From a virus (taxonomy: Duplodnaviria > Caudoviricetes): 64,000 nucleotides of DNA. This document shows, piece by piece, positions 9,239 to 18,874 of the stretch. A model generated the notes under the pieces. The model did no database searches, was not told the DNA's origin, and saw only the letters and a program-made list of their open reading frames with translations. Where the stretch lies: positions 52,468 to 116,467 of IMG/VR virus record IMGVR_UViG_3300028833_000094, one strand, 5' to 3'. Position numbers and translations under genes: made by a program. The first letter of the stretch is position 1. Every line of letters starts with the position of its first letter.

Positions 9239-12200
9239 ATGAAAAGAGTAGAATCACATATATTCCAGGGAATGCAGAGAGATGTGAGTATCTCTAAGCA
9301 GCAGCCTCAGTTTCTATGGGATGCAGTAAATATCAGACTGACAGCCAGAGAAGGTGATACCTTGATGAGTATTACCAATGAGAAGGGTTCTGTTGAAAGT
9401 GGTATATATTGTACAGGCTCCTATATGGGACATTGTGTCATAGGTAATAACCTTGTAGTGTTCACTACAGATGATGGATATGATTATATCTACAGAATAA
9501 CAAAGATGGAAGAAGGTTTCTTCAAAAAGAAGAAACTTTATGGTGGAAGTATAGGGCAACCAAGTCTTGGTTTTGACCCATCATATCCTCTTCAAACACT
9601 GGGTGTGTATGAGAATGAACATATCCAAAAAGTATATTGGACAGATGGAATTAATCAGCCAAGAGTTATCAATATTGTAAAAGACCTTCTTAATTCTGCT
9701 GCAACTGAATATTACAATGAAAAGTCTTTTGATTTTGTCCCTGAGATGCAGCTTGATGATTCTATTCATGTTAAAAAACTTAGTGACAGCAGCGGAAGCT
9801 TTCCCTCAGGTGTAATTCAGTATGCTGTTACCTATTATAATAAATATGGGCAGCAGAGTAATATCAGCTGTGTATCTCCTCTGATACCTATCTCATTTTT
9901 TGGAAGAGCTGGAAGTCCTGAAGAAAAAGTAAGTAATTCATTTAGAATTGTAATTAATAATCCTGATACTACTTTTGAATATTTAAGACTTTACTCTATA
10001 TTTAGAAGTAGCCTGAACGGTACTCCTATTTGTAAGAGAGTAGAAGATGTAAAATTAGGAGATGGAGGAACCAGCGGTACTTACTATAAAATGGAAACTT
10101 CTGGAACTATTATTTCTAATTATTTCTGGGTTACAGGCGCTTACCAGGCTACTGAAAGTAATGGAGACCCTTTTAATCAATCTGGATTTGTATATACTGA
10201 GCATGTTCCCTATGTTAATAATGGCTCTTTTTTCCATATACAAAAGGGCAGCAGTACAGAACACCTAGTAATTAAAATAAAACAACAAAATAATACATAT
10301 AAATATATTACCTGGGGTGATGCTACAGAAATTTTTATATCTAAAAACTCCTTAGCTGGAGGTGCTGGTACAGCATATTATGTTGTAGGAGCTGATGGCA
10401 TGAATGAGACAGGTGATTTTAGAAATGCAGCGAATTTATTTATATCCACAGAAGAAATACAATATGTAGAGAAAAGAACTGTGGAGAATGTTACTATTAC
10501 CGATAATGGTAGTATTGGAGAAAATATTGATCCACAGGAGTTGTTTTATATTGGAGGTGATGAAATCGTTGCAGAAACTATAGAATCTAAAGATGGAACT
10601 TTGTTTTTGGGTAATATTGTACTAAAGCAAGCTCAAATAGAAAGTTTAAAGAGTAGTATTAAAAATGGTGTAACTATTACTAACAACAATACAAGACAAG
10701 TTTCCAGAGCTATTGCTTTAAATAGTAATAATTATAAATGGGGAAGTTCTCTAAATTCAACGGGAGCTGATGATTATGCTACTAATCCTGCAGGATTTAA
10801 GTATGGGGAGCATTACAGACTTGGTGTTCAATTTCAATACAAGAATGGAAAATGGAGTGAGCCTGTATATATACCTAATATGTCTGGTAATACTGATATA
10901 GGAAGTTATATATGTAATGAAAATCCTGAATATAATGAAAGTTCTAGTTCAAGTAGTTCTGAGGTATATAACATCCCATGTTTTAAAGGTGTTTTAAGTA
11001 GTGATATTAGGATTGCTTTACAGAGTAAAGGATATAAAAGAGTAAGAGGAGTTGTGGTTTTTCCTACAACTTCAGATAGACTTATTCTGGCACAGGGAAT
11101 ATTAAATCCTACTGTGTCTTGTGTTACTGCTCATGATCAACATTCTCCTGATTATCAAAGTTCTTGGTTTTTCAGACCTTGGATCTCTTCAAGTTTTAAT
11201 AATGATAGTAATATATTAGAAGGAGCTGTAGTTGAATGGGAACACAATACTAAGTTATTTGGTTTCAATGACAGAGGTGCAGAAATACAGGGATTGCCAG
11301 TAAACTATACCAATTGGAGTATGATGGGCAACACTATTAATTTTGGAGGAGGGCCTTTTAGTCCTGTTTATTTTGATAATGTTAATATTGGAAATAAAAA
11401 TAATCCCAAATATGTGACAGTTAGACAAGATTTAGCAGATAGTGTTTTCTATGTAGACCAACAATATGTTACTATGCATTCTCCTGAATTTGAGTTTGAG
11501 GATTCCTTGAAGAATTTAGATTTCATAGAAACATCTCTTAGGAAACGAGGATATGTACAGTTTAATGCAAATGTTGGAGATATATTCATAGAAACATCTA
11601 CTCCTCCCATCGGTAAAAGCAGCACAGGGTTTGTACGTAAAGTTATGAACTGGGGAGGAACTGGGGCTTGTAGAAGACTATGTGCTGGATTATTCTATAA
11701 TGATTGGCTTGTAGATGAAAATGTCAATGACAATAAGAATCTTTATGCTGAATTCCCACATCAAGGCTATGAGGTAGGATTTATGGTTTATCCCTGGAAT
11801 AAATCAGGTTCTTTGAATAATGACTGTAACAGACCAGCAGAAGCTGGGGTGAGAAGTGCTGTGCTAAAAAGAAAGATTATTTCTAATATGCTTTACAGTA
11901 GGCAGACTTCTTTTGTATCTAGTTCAGATATTCCCATGCCATCTACATCTACTCCGAAGTTATTTGATTTGGATCAGATAGGTCTTGTGAAATTAGGAGG
12001 TAATACAAATTATTATGGTAATATAGATACCTTATTAGGAGCTATGGCACCTTTTGGTTCTATTATTAGTACTGGAGAAAATATATGGAAAATAAATAAG
12101 AGTGACTATAACGATATGAAAGAATATGGTTCTGGGCAATATAAGCCTACAGAAGATTATATGTCGTATAGTACTCATATTTTTAATTCCCGTAAAAATT

Positions 12201-14077
12201 ACTTTTGGAAAGGAGTAGAAAAAGGGTTTGAGCATATAGCCAGAGACGAAAATCAGTTAGTTTGGACCTATAAAATGGGTATTGAGGAGAATACTATAGG
12301 AAAAGAAAATGAAAGCCTTACCATAAGTAAGGCAAGCATCAGGATGAAATATAAATCCACTCCACATGCAGTAATGTATTTAACGAGCCCATTAACTTCT
12401 TCTAATGCTAATTCTCTTTATCTTGCAGAACTATATAGATCGGGAAACTCTAGTACAGACTTTGGGGGAACTTCTCCTGATGCTATTCAAGCAAATATGT
12501 GGGTTCCTGCTGGCGAAGCAGTCTCATTAAATGATACTGACAATAGTGGAAGGGTACCATTCTATTATGAATGGGGAGATACTTGGTATCAGAGATATGA
12601 TTGCTTGAAAACATATCCCTTTACTCCAGAAGATGAAAATCAGATTGTAGAGATAGGCTCTTTCATGGTAGAGACTCATGTGAATATAGATGGAAGGTAT
12701 GATAGAAACAGGGGTCAAGATAGTAACTTGTATGTGAATCCTCAGAATTTTAATCTGATAAATCCTGTATATTCACAATTGGACAATTTCTTCTCCTACA
12801 AGATAATGGATGCTGATTTTTATAAGTTGAATGCTTTTCCTGCTACTGTAGCATGGACACTCCAAAAGAATAATGCTTCAGAGATAGATGCATGGACTAA
12901 TATTACATTATCTAATACATTAGACATGGATGGTACTATGGGACCAGTTACTTCTATTAATAGTAGTAATGATACGCTCTATTGCTTCCAGGAAAGAGGA
13001 GTTAGTCAGATAATGTTTAATTCCAGGGTACAGATTCCTGCTTCTGATGGTGTACCTATTGAAATCAGCAACAGCTACAAGGTAGATGGCAGTCGTGGTA
13101 TCAGTAGTACTGTAGGCTGTTATAATAAGTTTTCTATTACTAAGTCTCCTATAGGATTATATTTTATTGATGGAGTAGGAAGTACTTTATATCTCCTTCA
13201 AGGAAATCAGATGCAGAACATCAGTGATACTCATGGTATGGGTTATTGGTTCTCTCAACAAGATACCCAGAGACGCTGGATACCAAGTGGTGGAGAAGGT
13301 GGAGTCGATAGAAGAGCTCAGGGTATGAGGGTATGCTATGATAATGTGAATAATGACCTATATATGATTCCATATAATGGTAAAGCATTATGTTATTCAG
13401 AGCAATTGCAACAATTTGTATCTTTCTTTGACTACTATCCCTATGCTATTTTTAATCTTGGAAATAGTGTTCATGCTATTGGTGATGATGAGAATACTGT
13501 AGGTATGTGGAATCTATTTGAAGGAGAATACAATAAACTCATGGGAACCTTCTTCCCAAGCAGTATTACTTTTGTCAGCAATGCTGATATGCAGATGGAC
13601 AAGATATTCACCAATCTTGAAACAAGGACTGACTTCTATATGAATGGTGAATTGCAGCACATGCATTTCTTTGATACTATCAGAGTATGGAATGAATACC
13701 AGGATACTGATTGGCTAGATGAAAGTTTTATGGAGGAGCATACTACTCAACTTGAACATAAGTACTACCCGTATAGTTCATCTTCTATATCTTCGAATGT
13801 AAAGAAGAAATTTAGGATTTGGAGAATAGATATTCCAAGGGCTAAAAAATGGGTAGCTTATACACAGGCTGAAAAACAGGCTATGATAAATAGTGGTCAG
13901 TATACTTCTAATACAGTACCAGGTGGACATCTTATCAATATCAATGATAGGATTAGAAATACTTGGTGTAAGATTAAGCTTACCATGAATATTCCACCAA
14001 CAAATAGTGAGGAACTGGAAAACTTCCACTCTCATAATATGGAGATGCATGATATAAGTGTCATTTACTATGTTTAA
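9239..14077 (+). CDS. Tail muzzle/stabilization protein (gp44-like)
   Basis: 1612 aa; N-terminal GMQRD.S...A.NIR.T...TNEKG, VYWTDG.NQPR.INI, GDT.YQRYDCLKT and KKFRIWR.DIPR motifs. Confidence 0.82.
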   Translation: MKRVESHIFQGMQRDVSISKQQPQFLWDAVNIRLTAREGDTLMSITNEKGSVESGIYCTGSYMGHCVIGNNLVVFTTDDGYDYIYRITKMEEGFFKKKKLYGGSIGQPSLGFDPSYPLQTLGVYENEHIQKVYWTDGINQPRVINIVKDLLNSAATEYYNEKSFDFVPEMQLDDSIHVKKLSDSSGSFPSGVIQYAVTYYNKYGQQSNISCVSPLIPISFFGRAGSPEEKVSNSFRIVINNPDTTFEYLRLYSIFRSSLNGTPICKRVEDVKLGDGGTSGTYYKMETSGTIISNYFWVTGAYQATESNGDPFNQSGFVYTEHVPYVNNGSFFHIQKGSSTEHLVIKIKQQNNTYKYITWGDATEIFISKNSLAGGAGTAYYVVGADGMNETGDFRNAANLFISTEEIQYVEKRTVENVTITDNGSIGENIDPQELFYIGGDEIVAETIESKDGTLFLGNIVLKQAQIESLKSSIKNGVTITNNNTRQVSRAIALNSNNYKWGSSLNSTGADDYATNPAGFKYGEHYRLGVQFQYKNGKWSEPVYIPNMSGNTDIGSYICNENPEYNESSSSSSSEVYNIPCFKGVLSSDIRIALQSKGYKRVRGVVVFPTTSDRLILAQGILNPTVSCVTAHDQHSPDYQSSWFFRPWISSSFNNDSNILEGAVVEWEHNTKLFGFNDRGAEIQGLPVNYTNWSMMGNTINFGGGPFSPVYFDNVNIGNKNNPKYVTVRQDLADSVFYVDQQYVTMHSPEFEFEDSLKNLDFIETSLRKRGYVQFNANVGDIFIETSTPPIGKSSTGFVRKVMNWGGTGACRRLCAGLFYNDWLVDENVNDNKNLYAEFPHQGYEVGFMVYPWNKSGSLNNDCNRPAEAGVRSAVLKRKIISNMLYSRQTSFVSSSDIPMPSTSTPKLFDLDQIGLVKLGGNTNYYGNIDTLLGAMAPFGSIISTGENIWKINKSDYNDMKEYGSGQYKPTEDYMSYSTHIFNSRKNYFWKGVEKGFEHIARDENQLVWTYKMGIEENTIGKENESLTISKASIRMKYKSTPHAVMYLTSPLTSSNANSLYLAELYRSGNSSTDFGGTSPDAIQANMWVPAGEAVSLNDTDNSGRVPFYYEWGDTWYQRYDCLKTYPFTPEDENQIVEIGSFMVETHVNIDGRYDRNRGQDSNLYVNPQNFNLINPVYSQLDNFFSYKIMDADFYKLNAFPATVAWTLQKNNASEIDAWTNITLSNTLDMDGTMGPVTSINSSNDTLYCFQERGVSQIMFNSRVQIPASDGVPIEISNSYKVDGSRGISSTVGCYNKFSITKSPIGLYFIDGVGSTLYLLQGNQMQNISDTHGMGYWFSQQDTQRRWIPSGGEGGVDRRAQGMRVCYDNVNNDLYMIPYNGKALCYSEQLQQFVSFFDYYPYAIFNLGNSVHAIGDDENTVGMWNLFEGEYNKLMGTFFPSSITFVSNADMQMDKIFTNLETRTDFYMNGELQHMHFFDTIRVWNEYQDTDWLDESFMEEHTTQLEHKYYPYSSSSISSNVKKKFRIWRIDIPRAKKWVAYTQAEKQAMINSGQYTSNTVPGGHLININDRIRNTWCKIKLTMNIPPTNSEELENFHSHNMEMHDISVIYYV

Positions 14078-14094
14078 TTATAAGATAGTATTAT

Positions 14095-15150
14095 ATGAAG
14101 TACGATCAGAAATTTATAAATAAAGAAACTGGGCATTTTACAGTCAGCAAGGCTTTGAAGGGAATTACCCTTGCATCTGTTAAACAAATAGTAGAGGAAG
14201 GGGAAACTAGAGATGAATTACTCAGTGTGGAGAATTTCAGACAAATATCTTCTGATAAATTCTCAGCTGTTGTTGATGGTGTAGAGCATTTTTTTGATAA
14301 TGCTGGAAAATGTGTGGATGCTCCTGATACTGTAGGAGATCTTGCTTTTGTATCTAGTGATATTCAGAAGAGTACTCAAAATACTGCTGATGCAGATAAT
14401 ACAGGTACTTCTGAAACCTTAAAAACAACAGCTACTATTTCTTCTTTAAGTCCGAGGGATTATTTTGCACAGGAAATTATGAATGCTTTTATGAAAGGCA
14501 TAAATAATCCATTCAGTCTTTCTGATGCAGATATCTATAAGTATACTACACTATCATATAAGATTGCTCAAAGTATGATTAATGTAGCCGCTTTTAACAG
14601 AAAGGGAGACCCTCAAAGTGGTTCAACTGATTCTTCAGCAGAAGTAGTAATAGATAAAGCCACACTAAATGGTAATACTGAAAAGCTGCTAAATAATATA
14701 GTAGCAGCTCTTGATAAGACCAATGGCTCAATTGAGGTACCTGGGGAGAATGATACCACTGTCTCAGTTCCAGCGGAAAGACTTACTATTCCTGAACTAA
14801 ACAAGCTGATAGAGGATTTAAAGACTCTTCAAGAGAATTATGTGAAGGATGGGAGTAATACTGTAGGACTGAAGGATTTGATTGCTGCTATTAATACAAC
14901 TCTTACATCATTAAAAAATATCACATCTATTGGTTCTATTAATTCTCTTCCAGACATTGAAGGAAATATAAACTCTAGTGTTAGTGGTACAATTACAGCC
15001 ACTCTTTCAAGAGGAAGCAGCTCAAGCAATCCTTTGTATGTAAGCATTCCATCAACATTAATGGATACAAGAATCAAAGCTTGGCTTAATGCTACAACCA
15101 TAGTAGCAGATGGTTCTGGATGGAAACTTAATGTTCCTAGTTCAATTTAA
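14095..15150 (+). CDS. Hypothetical protein
   Basis: 351 aa ORF with an SPRDYFA motif; no confident family. Confidence 0.55.
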   Translation: MKYDQKFINKETGHFTVSKALKGITLASVKQIVEEGETRDELLSVENFRQISSDKFSAVVDGVEHFFDNAGKCVDAPDTVGDLAFVSSDIQKSTQNTADADNTGTSETLKTTATISSLSPRDYFAQEIMNAFMKGINNPFSLSDADIYKYTTLSYKIAQSMINVAAFNRKGDPQSGSTDSSAEVVIDKATLNGNTEKLLNNIVAALDKTNGSIEVPGENDTTVSVPAERLTIPELNKLIEDLKTLQENYVKDGSNTVGLKDLIAAINTTLTSLKNITSIGSINSLPDIEGNINSSVSGTITATLSRGSSSSNPLYVSIPSTLMDTRIKAWLNATTIVADGSGWKLNVPSSI

Positions 15151-15268
15151 TAGAATTTTAGGAGTTCCATAATATTTACTATATAATGTGTCTAAAGGGA
15201 GTATAAGTAATTGACTTATATTCCCTTAGTACTTTAAATATCTAGGGTTGGAAATAGTGGTAATCTTT

Positions 15269-15276
15269 TATTTTTG
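15269..15276 (+). promoter_or_regulatory. -7 promoter element
   Basis: TATTTTTG(CA), 20 nt before the ATG at 15297; TTG about 19 nt upstream. Confidence 0.6.
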
Positions 15277-15296
15277 CAGAAAATAGATGCATCGAG

Positions 15297-18200
15297 ATGA
15301 AAAAAGGTAAACTGTATACAGTAACTCCGTGGAATAAACAAGCACTAGTAAAGGCAGGGCCTTTACCTGCTAAGAATTTGTTTGATGGAGTAAATATGCC
15401 TACCCAGCAAATGAATAACAGCCGCTCTGGTATAGGAAACTTTAGTGGGCAGCAGAGTACTTTTGGTATGAATAATACTAATTTTGGAGCTGCTGGAAAC
15501 CCTTATACTCCAGGAACAACTGCTTTCAACCATTATAATATTCAAAGTGTTGAGAACAGTGTTAGTAATGGTTCTTATTTTAAAAATCCTTTTACTAGTT
15601 TAAAGAATAATCCAACTGCTAGTTATACTGGAAATGTTAAAGGCATAGACTTTAAGACTGACTTTAATAATCCAATTCAGAGAGGTCAATTTATACAAAA
15701 TTCTGCTGAGAATGGATTAGGGAATTGGAAGAATGCTGGAGTTAATGATAATGGAAGTGGAAGTAAAGGCAAGTCTAAAGGTATGTCTGCTGGAGCCCAG
15801 CAAGCCATAGCTCTTGGAGCCAGTGCTCTTGGCAGTATTGATACAGGTGAAAAGAGAGGAATGTGGGATACTCTTGATCCTGTACATCATCTTGCAGGAG
15901 GTAGAGAGACTGGTTTTGGAAATGCTATGGAAGATGCAGGTGTAGCACTTACTCAGGCAGGTCTTTCTTCTGGTAACTACTATCTGGCTATAGCAGGTGC
16001 AGCTGCTAAAGTAGTTGGAGGATTATCCAATGCAGCTTTTGGCTATAAGATTGAAAATGAGAAAGCTGTTAATGATAATATCAACCGTCTTGCTAACACA
16101 AACTACAATGCTGATGATTATGATACCCTCTTAAGTCAGGATGCTGCAATGGGTGGAAGGAACCGTGTAGACCTAGGAGAAATTAAAGACGGATGGTTTA
16201 ATAGTAAAGGAACTGAAAAGGCTAAACAACTTGAAGCTACACAAGATTGGGCTTTGGCTTTTGGGGATAACTCTTTTGAAAATGCAGAAAAGAATATACA
16301 ACAGAGACAATTGGAAAATGCTTTGAGGTGGTATGGCACTACTGATTTTAACAGGAATCAGAGTGCTTATGGAGGACCTTTGGATATAATAGGAAATACT
16401 GAGAATGATATGAGTGCTGTGAATTATGGATTTATGTCTGACTATCTTACGGAGAAGAAACGTCAGAATGATTTGAAGAATAAGATGATGGGTATGACTC
16501 AGATACCTAATTTTATAAATAATGGATATGCCATTGGTGGAGATTTGCAGACTAATGGCTCTGACTTCCCTACAGGACTTACCTATGTCAATGCAGGAGG
16601 TTCTCATGAAGAGAATCCCTATGAAGGAGTACAGATGGGAGTAGATCCTCAGGGAGTACCTAACCTTGTAGAAGAAGGAGAGACAGTATTCAATGACTAT
16701 GTATATTCCACAAGGATTCCTATTGATGATATTACTAAGGAAAGATTCCATATTGGAAAGAAAAGAGAAATGACTTATGCAGACTTATCTAAGAAGCTGG
16801 AAAAAGAAGTATCAGAAAGACCTAATGACCCGATTTCACAGGCTGCTTTTAAAGCACAGATGGCAGATTTGGCGGAAGAACAGGAGCGTCAAAAAGCTGA
16901 GATGGAAGCAGCACAGGCAAGAGAAGCTTTTGAAGCATTAAGTCCTGAAGAGCAGACAGCTTTGATGCAACAGGCAGCTCAGCAAGAACAAATGGCTCAA
17001 GAGCAAGCTATACAAGAACAGGCAATGGCTGAACAAGCTGCTGCAGAGCAACAGCCTGCTCCTGAAGAAATAGCTATGGCAGAACAGCAGCAACAGATGG
17101 CGCAGGGAGTCCCCACAGCTGATGCTATGGGCACTGTGGCAACAGCTCAGCCTGTAATGGCTTGTGGAGGTAGGATTAATAAGTTTGATAAAGGAGGTAT
17201 GAAGCAAAAGATATATAATCTTCTCAAACTTAAAACTAAGAGTGATTGGGATGCTTGGGTTAAAAAGAATGGGCTTGATGGGCTTAATGATTTTGAAGAT
17301 TGGGATAATGCACTTCAGAATACAGAGCTTATCAATGCTATTGCCAAGGATAATCCAGCACTTAGACATGCCCTTGAGAATAAATATGACTTTGGATTGT
17401 ATAAGCCAGGAGCTTCTGGAAGTGTTACCTTTGATGATGACAGAGGTAACTGGGATGCTCAGACTGTTCAAGGATGGTGGGGAAGTACAGACCCTGCTTG
17501 GCAGGAAGTTATCAAGAATAACCCAAAGCTGACTAAAGACACTAAACTTTCTAAGGAGGAGCTTGCTAATCTTATCAGAAGTACTGATGCCTTTAAAAAG
17601 GGCACACAGTGGCTTCAGGATTCAGAAGATAATAGACTTAACTATCTGAAGAGGATTATCAATAATCCAGGAGCTCCAGATAGAGCTGTGGCTTATGCAA
17701 GAAAATTTATTGATGAGAATGGTTGGAAGGAAGGAGCAGCAAGGGATTATGAAACTATCTTTAACAATCCTAGTGGTAGGGCAGCTAATCCTGGAACTTA
17801 TTGGAAAACTCCTATAGAAGCTGTTAGAAATAGTTTGGCAAATAACTATGTCATTAATGAAGATGGTACTGTAGAAGCACTTGAAGGAGGCCTTGATGGT
17901 CTGAAATTAGACAGTACTTATCAATGGGCAGACCCACAGACTGATTATACTAATAACTATTATAGGAGAGCAGCTGCTGCTAATGCTAATGGGCAGAATG
18001 GGACTGCTGGGAATAATGGGAATAATAATCCTGCAGCTGGAACTGGTGATGATAGAGAAGTGGTTCCTATCCATAGAAATGAGAACTGGAGGTATGCTGG
18101 ATTGCTTGCTCCTGCTGTAGGATTGGGAATGCAGGCTCTTGGTATTGGAAAACCTGATACTTCTGGACTGGAAGCTGCGGCTAATAGTGGTGGTAACTAT

Positions 18201-18851
18201 ACTACTGCAAGTTGGATGCCTATTGGAGACTATATGAGATATACTCCTCTTGACAGATTGTTTGAAGGTAACAGAATACAGGCTAATGCAAGGGCTACTG
18301 ACAGAGCTTTGATGAATACTTCTGGTGGTAATAGGGGAACAGCAATGGCTGGACTCTTGGCTAATGGGTATAATACTCAGATTGCCTTAGGTACTGCTGA
18401 CAGGCAGGGAGATGAGAGTAACTGGAACAAGTATGCTCAAACTAAGACCTTTAACAGAGGTACTAATCAGTTTAATGCTGAAGCCTTTAACAGGAATTCT
18501 GAGTTTAATGCCAATGCCTATAATAATGCAGCAAGGAATAATGCTCAGATGAAACTTCATGCAGCACAGGCTAAGATGGATGCTGATGCAGGATGGTACA
18601 ATGGCATCTATGGTAATATCAGTGGATTGCTTAAGGGTGTAGGAGATATAGGCAGAGAGAATGCTCAGAGAAATATGATTTCTGATATGGCTGCTACTGG
18701 ATTGTTTGGTCAGATGACTCCTAATACCTATATAGCTAATGGAATGCTGAGGTATGAGACTGATGAGGAGAGGGCCAAGAGGCTTGCCAAACAGAAGAAT
18801 TCTGGAGCTAAGGGAGGTAAGATTAAGAGGAAGAAAGGATTTACTTATTAA
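15297..18851 (+). CDS. Virion cargo/ejection protein (C1/gp45-like)
   Basis: 1184 aa; GGSHEENP..GV.MG.D..G.PNLVEEGET motif; Gly/Ala-rich hydrophobic segments, Q/A-rich coiled coil and repeated xxxGG motifs. Confidence 0.65.
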   Translation: MKKGKLYTVTPWNKQALVKAGPLPAKNLFDGVNMPTQQMNNSRSGIGNFSGQQSTFGMNNTNFGAAGNPYTPGTTAFNHYNIQSVENSVSNGSYFKNPFTSLKNNPTASYTGNVKGIDFKTDFNNPIQRGQFIQNSAENGLGNWKNAGVNDNGSGSKGKSKGMSAGAQQAIALGASALGSIDTGEKRGMWDTLDPVHHLAGGRETGFGNAMEDAGVALTQAGLSSGNYYLAIAGAAAKVVGGLSNAAFGYKIENEKAVNDNINRLANTNYNADDYDTLLSQDAAMGGRNRVDLGEIKDGWFNSKGTEKAKQLEATQDWALAFGDNSFENAEKNIQQRQLENALRWYGTTDFNRNQSAYGGPLDIIGNTENDMSAVNYGFMSDYLTEKKRQNDLKNKMMGMTQIPNFINNGYAIGGDLQTNGSDFPTGLTYVNAGGSHEENPYEGVQMGVDPQGVPNLVEEGETVFNDYVYSTRIPIDDITKERFHIGKKREMTYADLSKKLEKEVSERPNDPISQAAFKAQMADLAEEQERQKAEMEAAQAREAFEALSPEEQTALMQQAAQQEQMAQEQAIQEQAMAEQAAAEQQPAPEEIAMAEQQQQMAQGVPTADAMGTVATAQPVMACGGRINKFDKGGMKQKIYNLLKLKTKSDWDAWVKKNGLDGLNDFEDWDNALQNTELINAIAKDNPALRHALENKYDFGLYKPGASGSVTFDDDRGNWDAQTVQGWWGSTDPAWQEVIKNNPKLTKDTKLSKEELANLIRSTDAFKKGTQWLQDSEDNRLNYLKRIINNPGAPDRAVAYARKFIDENGWKEGAARDYETIFNNPSGRAANPGTYWKTPIEAVRNSLANNYVINEDGTVEALEGGLDGLKLDSTYQWADPQTDYTNNYYRRAAAANANGQNGTAGNNGNNNPAAGTGDDREVVPIHRNENWRYAGLLAPAVGLGMQALGIGKPDTSGLEAAANSGGNYTTASWMPIGDYMRYTPLDRLFEGNRIQANARATDRALMNTSGGNRGTAMAGLLANGYNTQIALGTADRQGDESNWNKYAQTKTFNRGTNQFNAEAFNRNSEFNANAYNNAARNNAQMKLHAAQAKMDADAGWYNGIYGNISGLLKGVGDIGRENAQRNMISDMAATGLFGQMTPNTYIANGMLRYETDEERAKRLAKQKNSGAKGGKIKRKKGFTY

Positions 18852-18874
18852 GGATTAAAGAATAAAGTTGAGAT

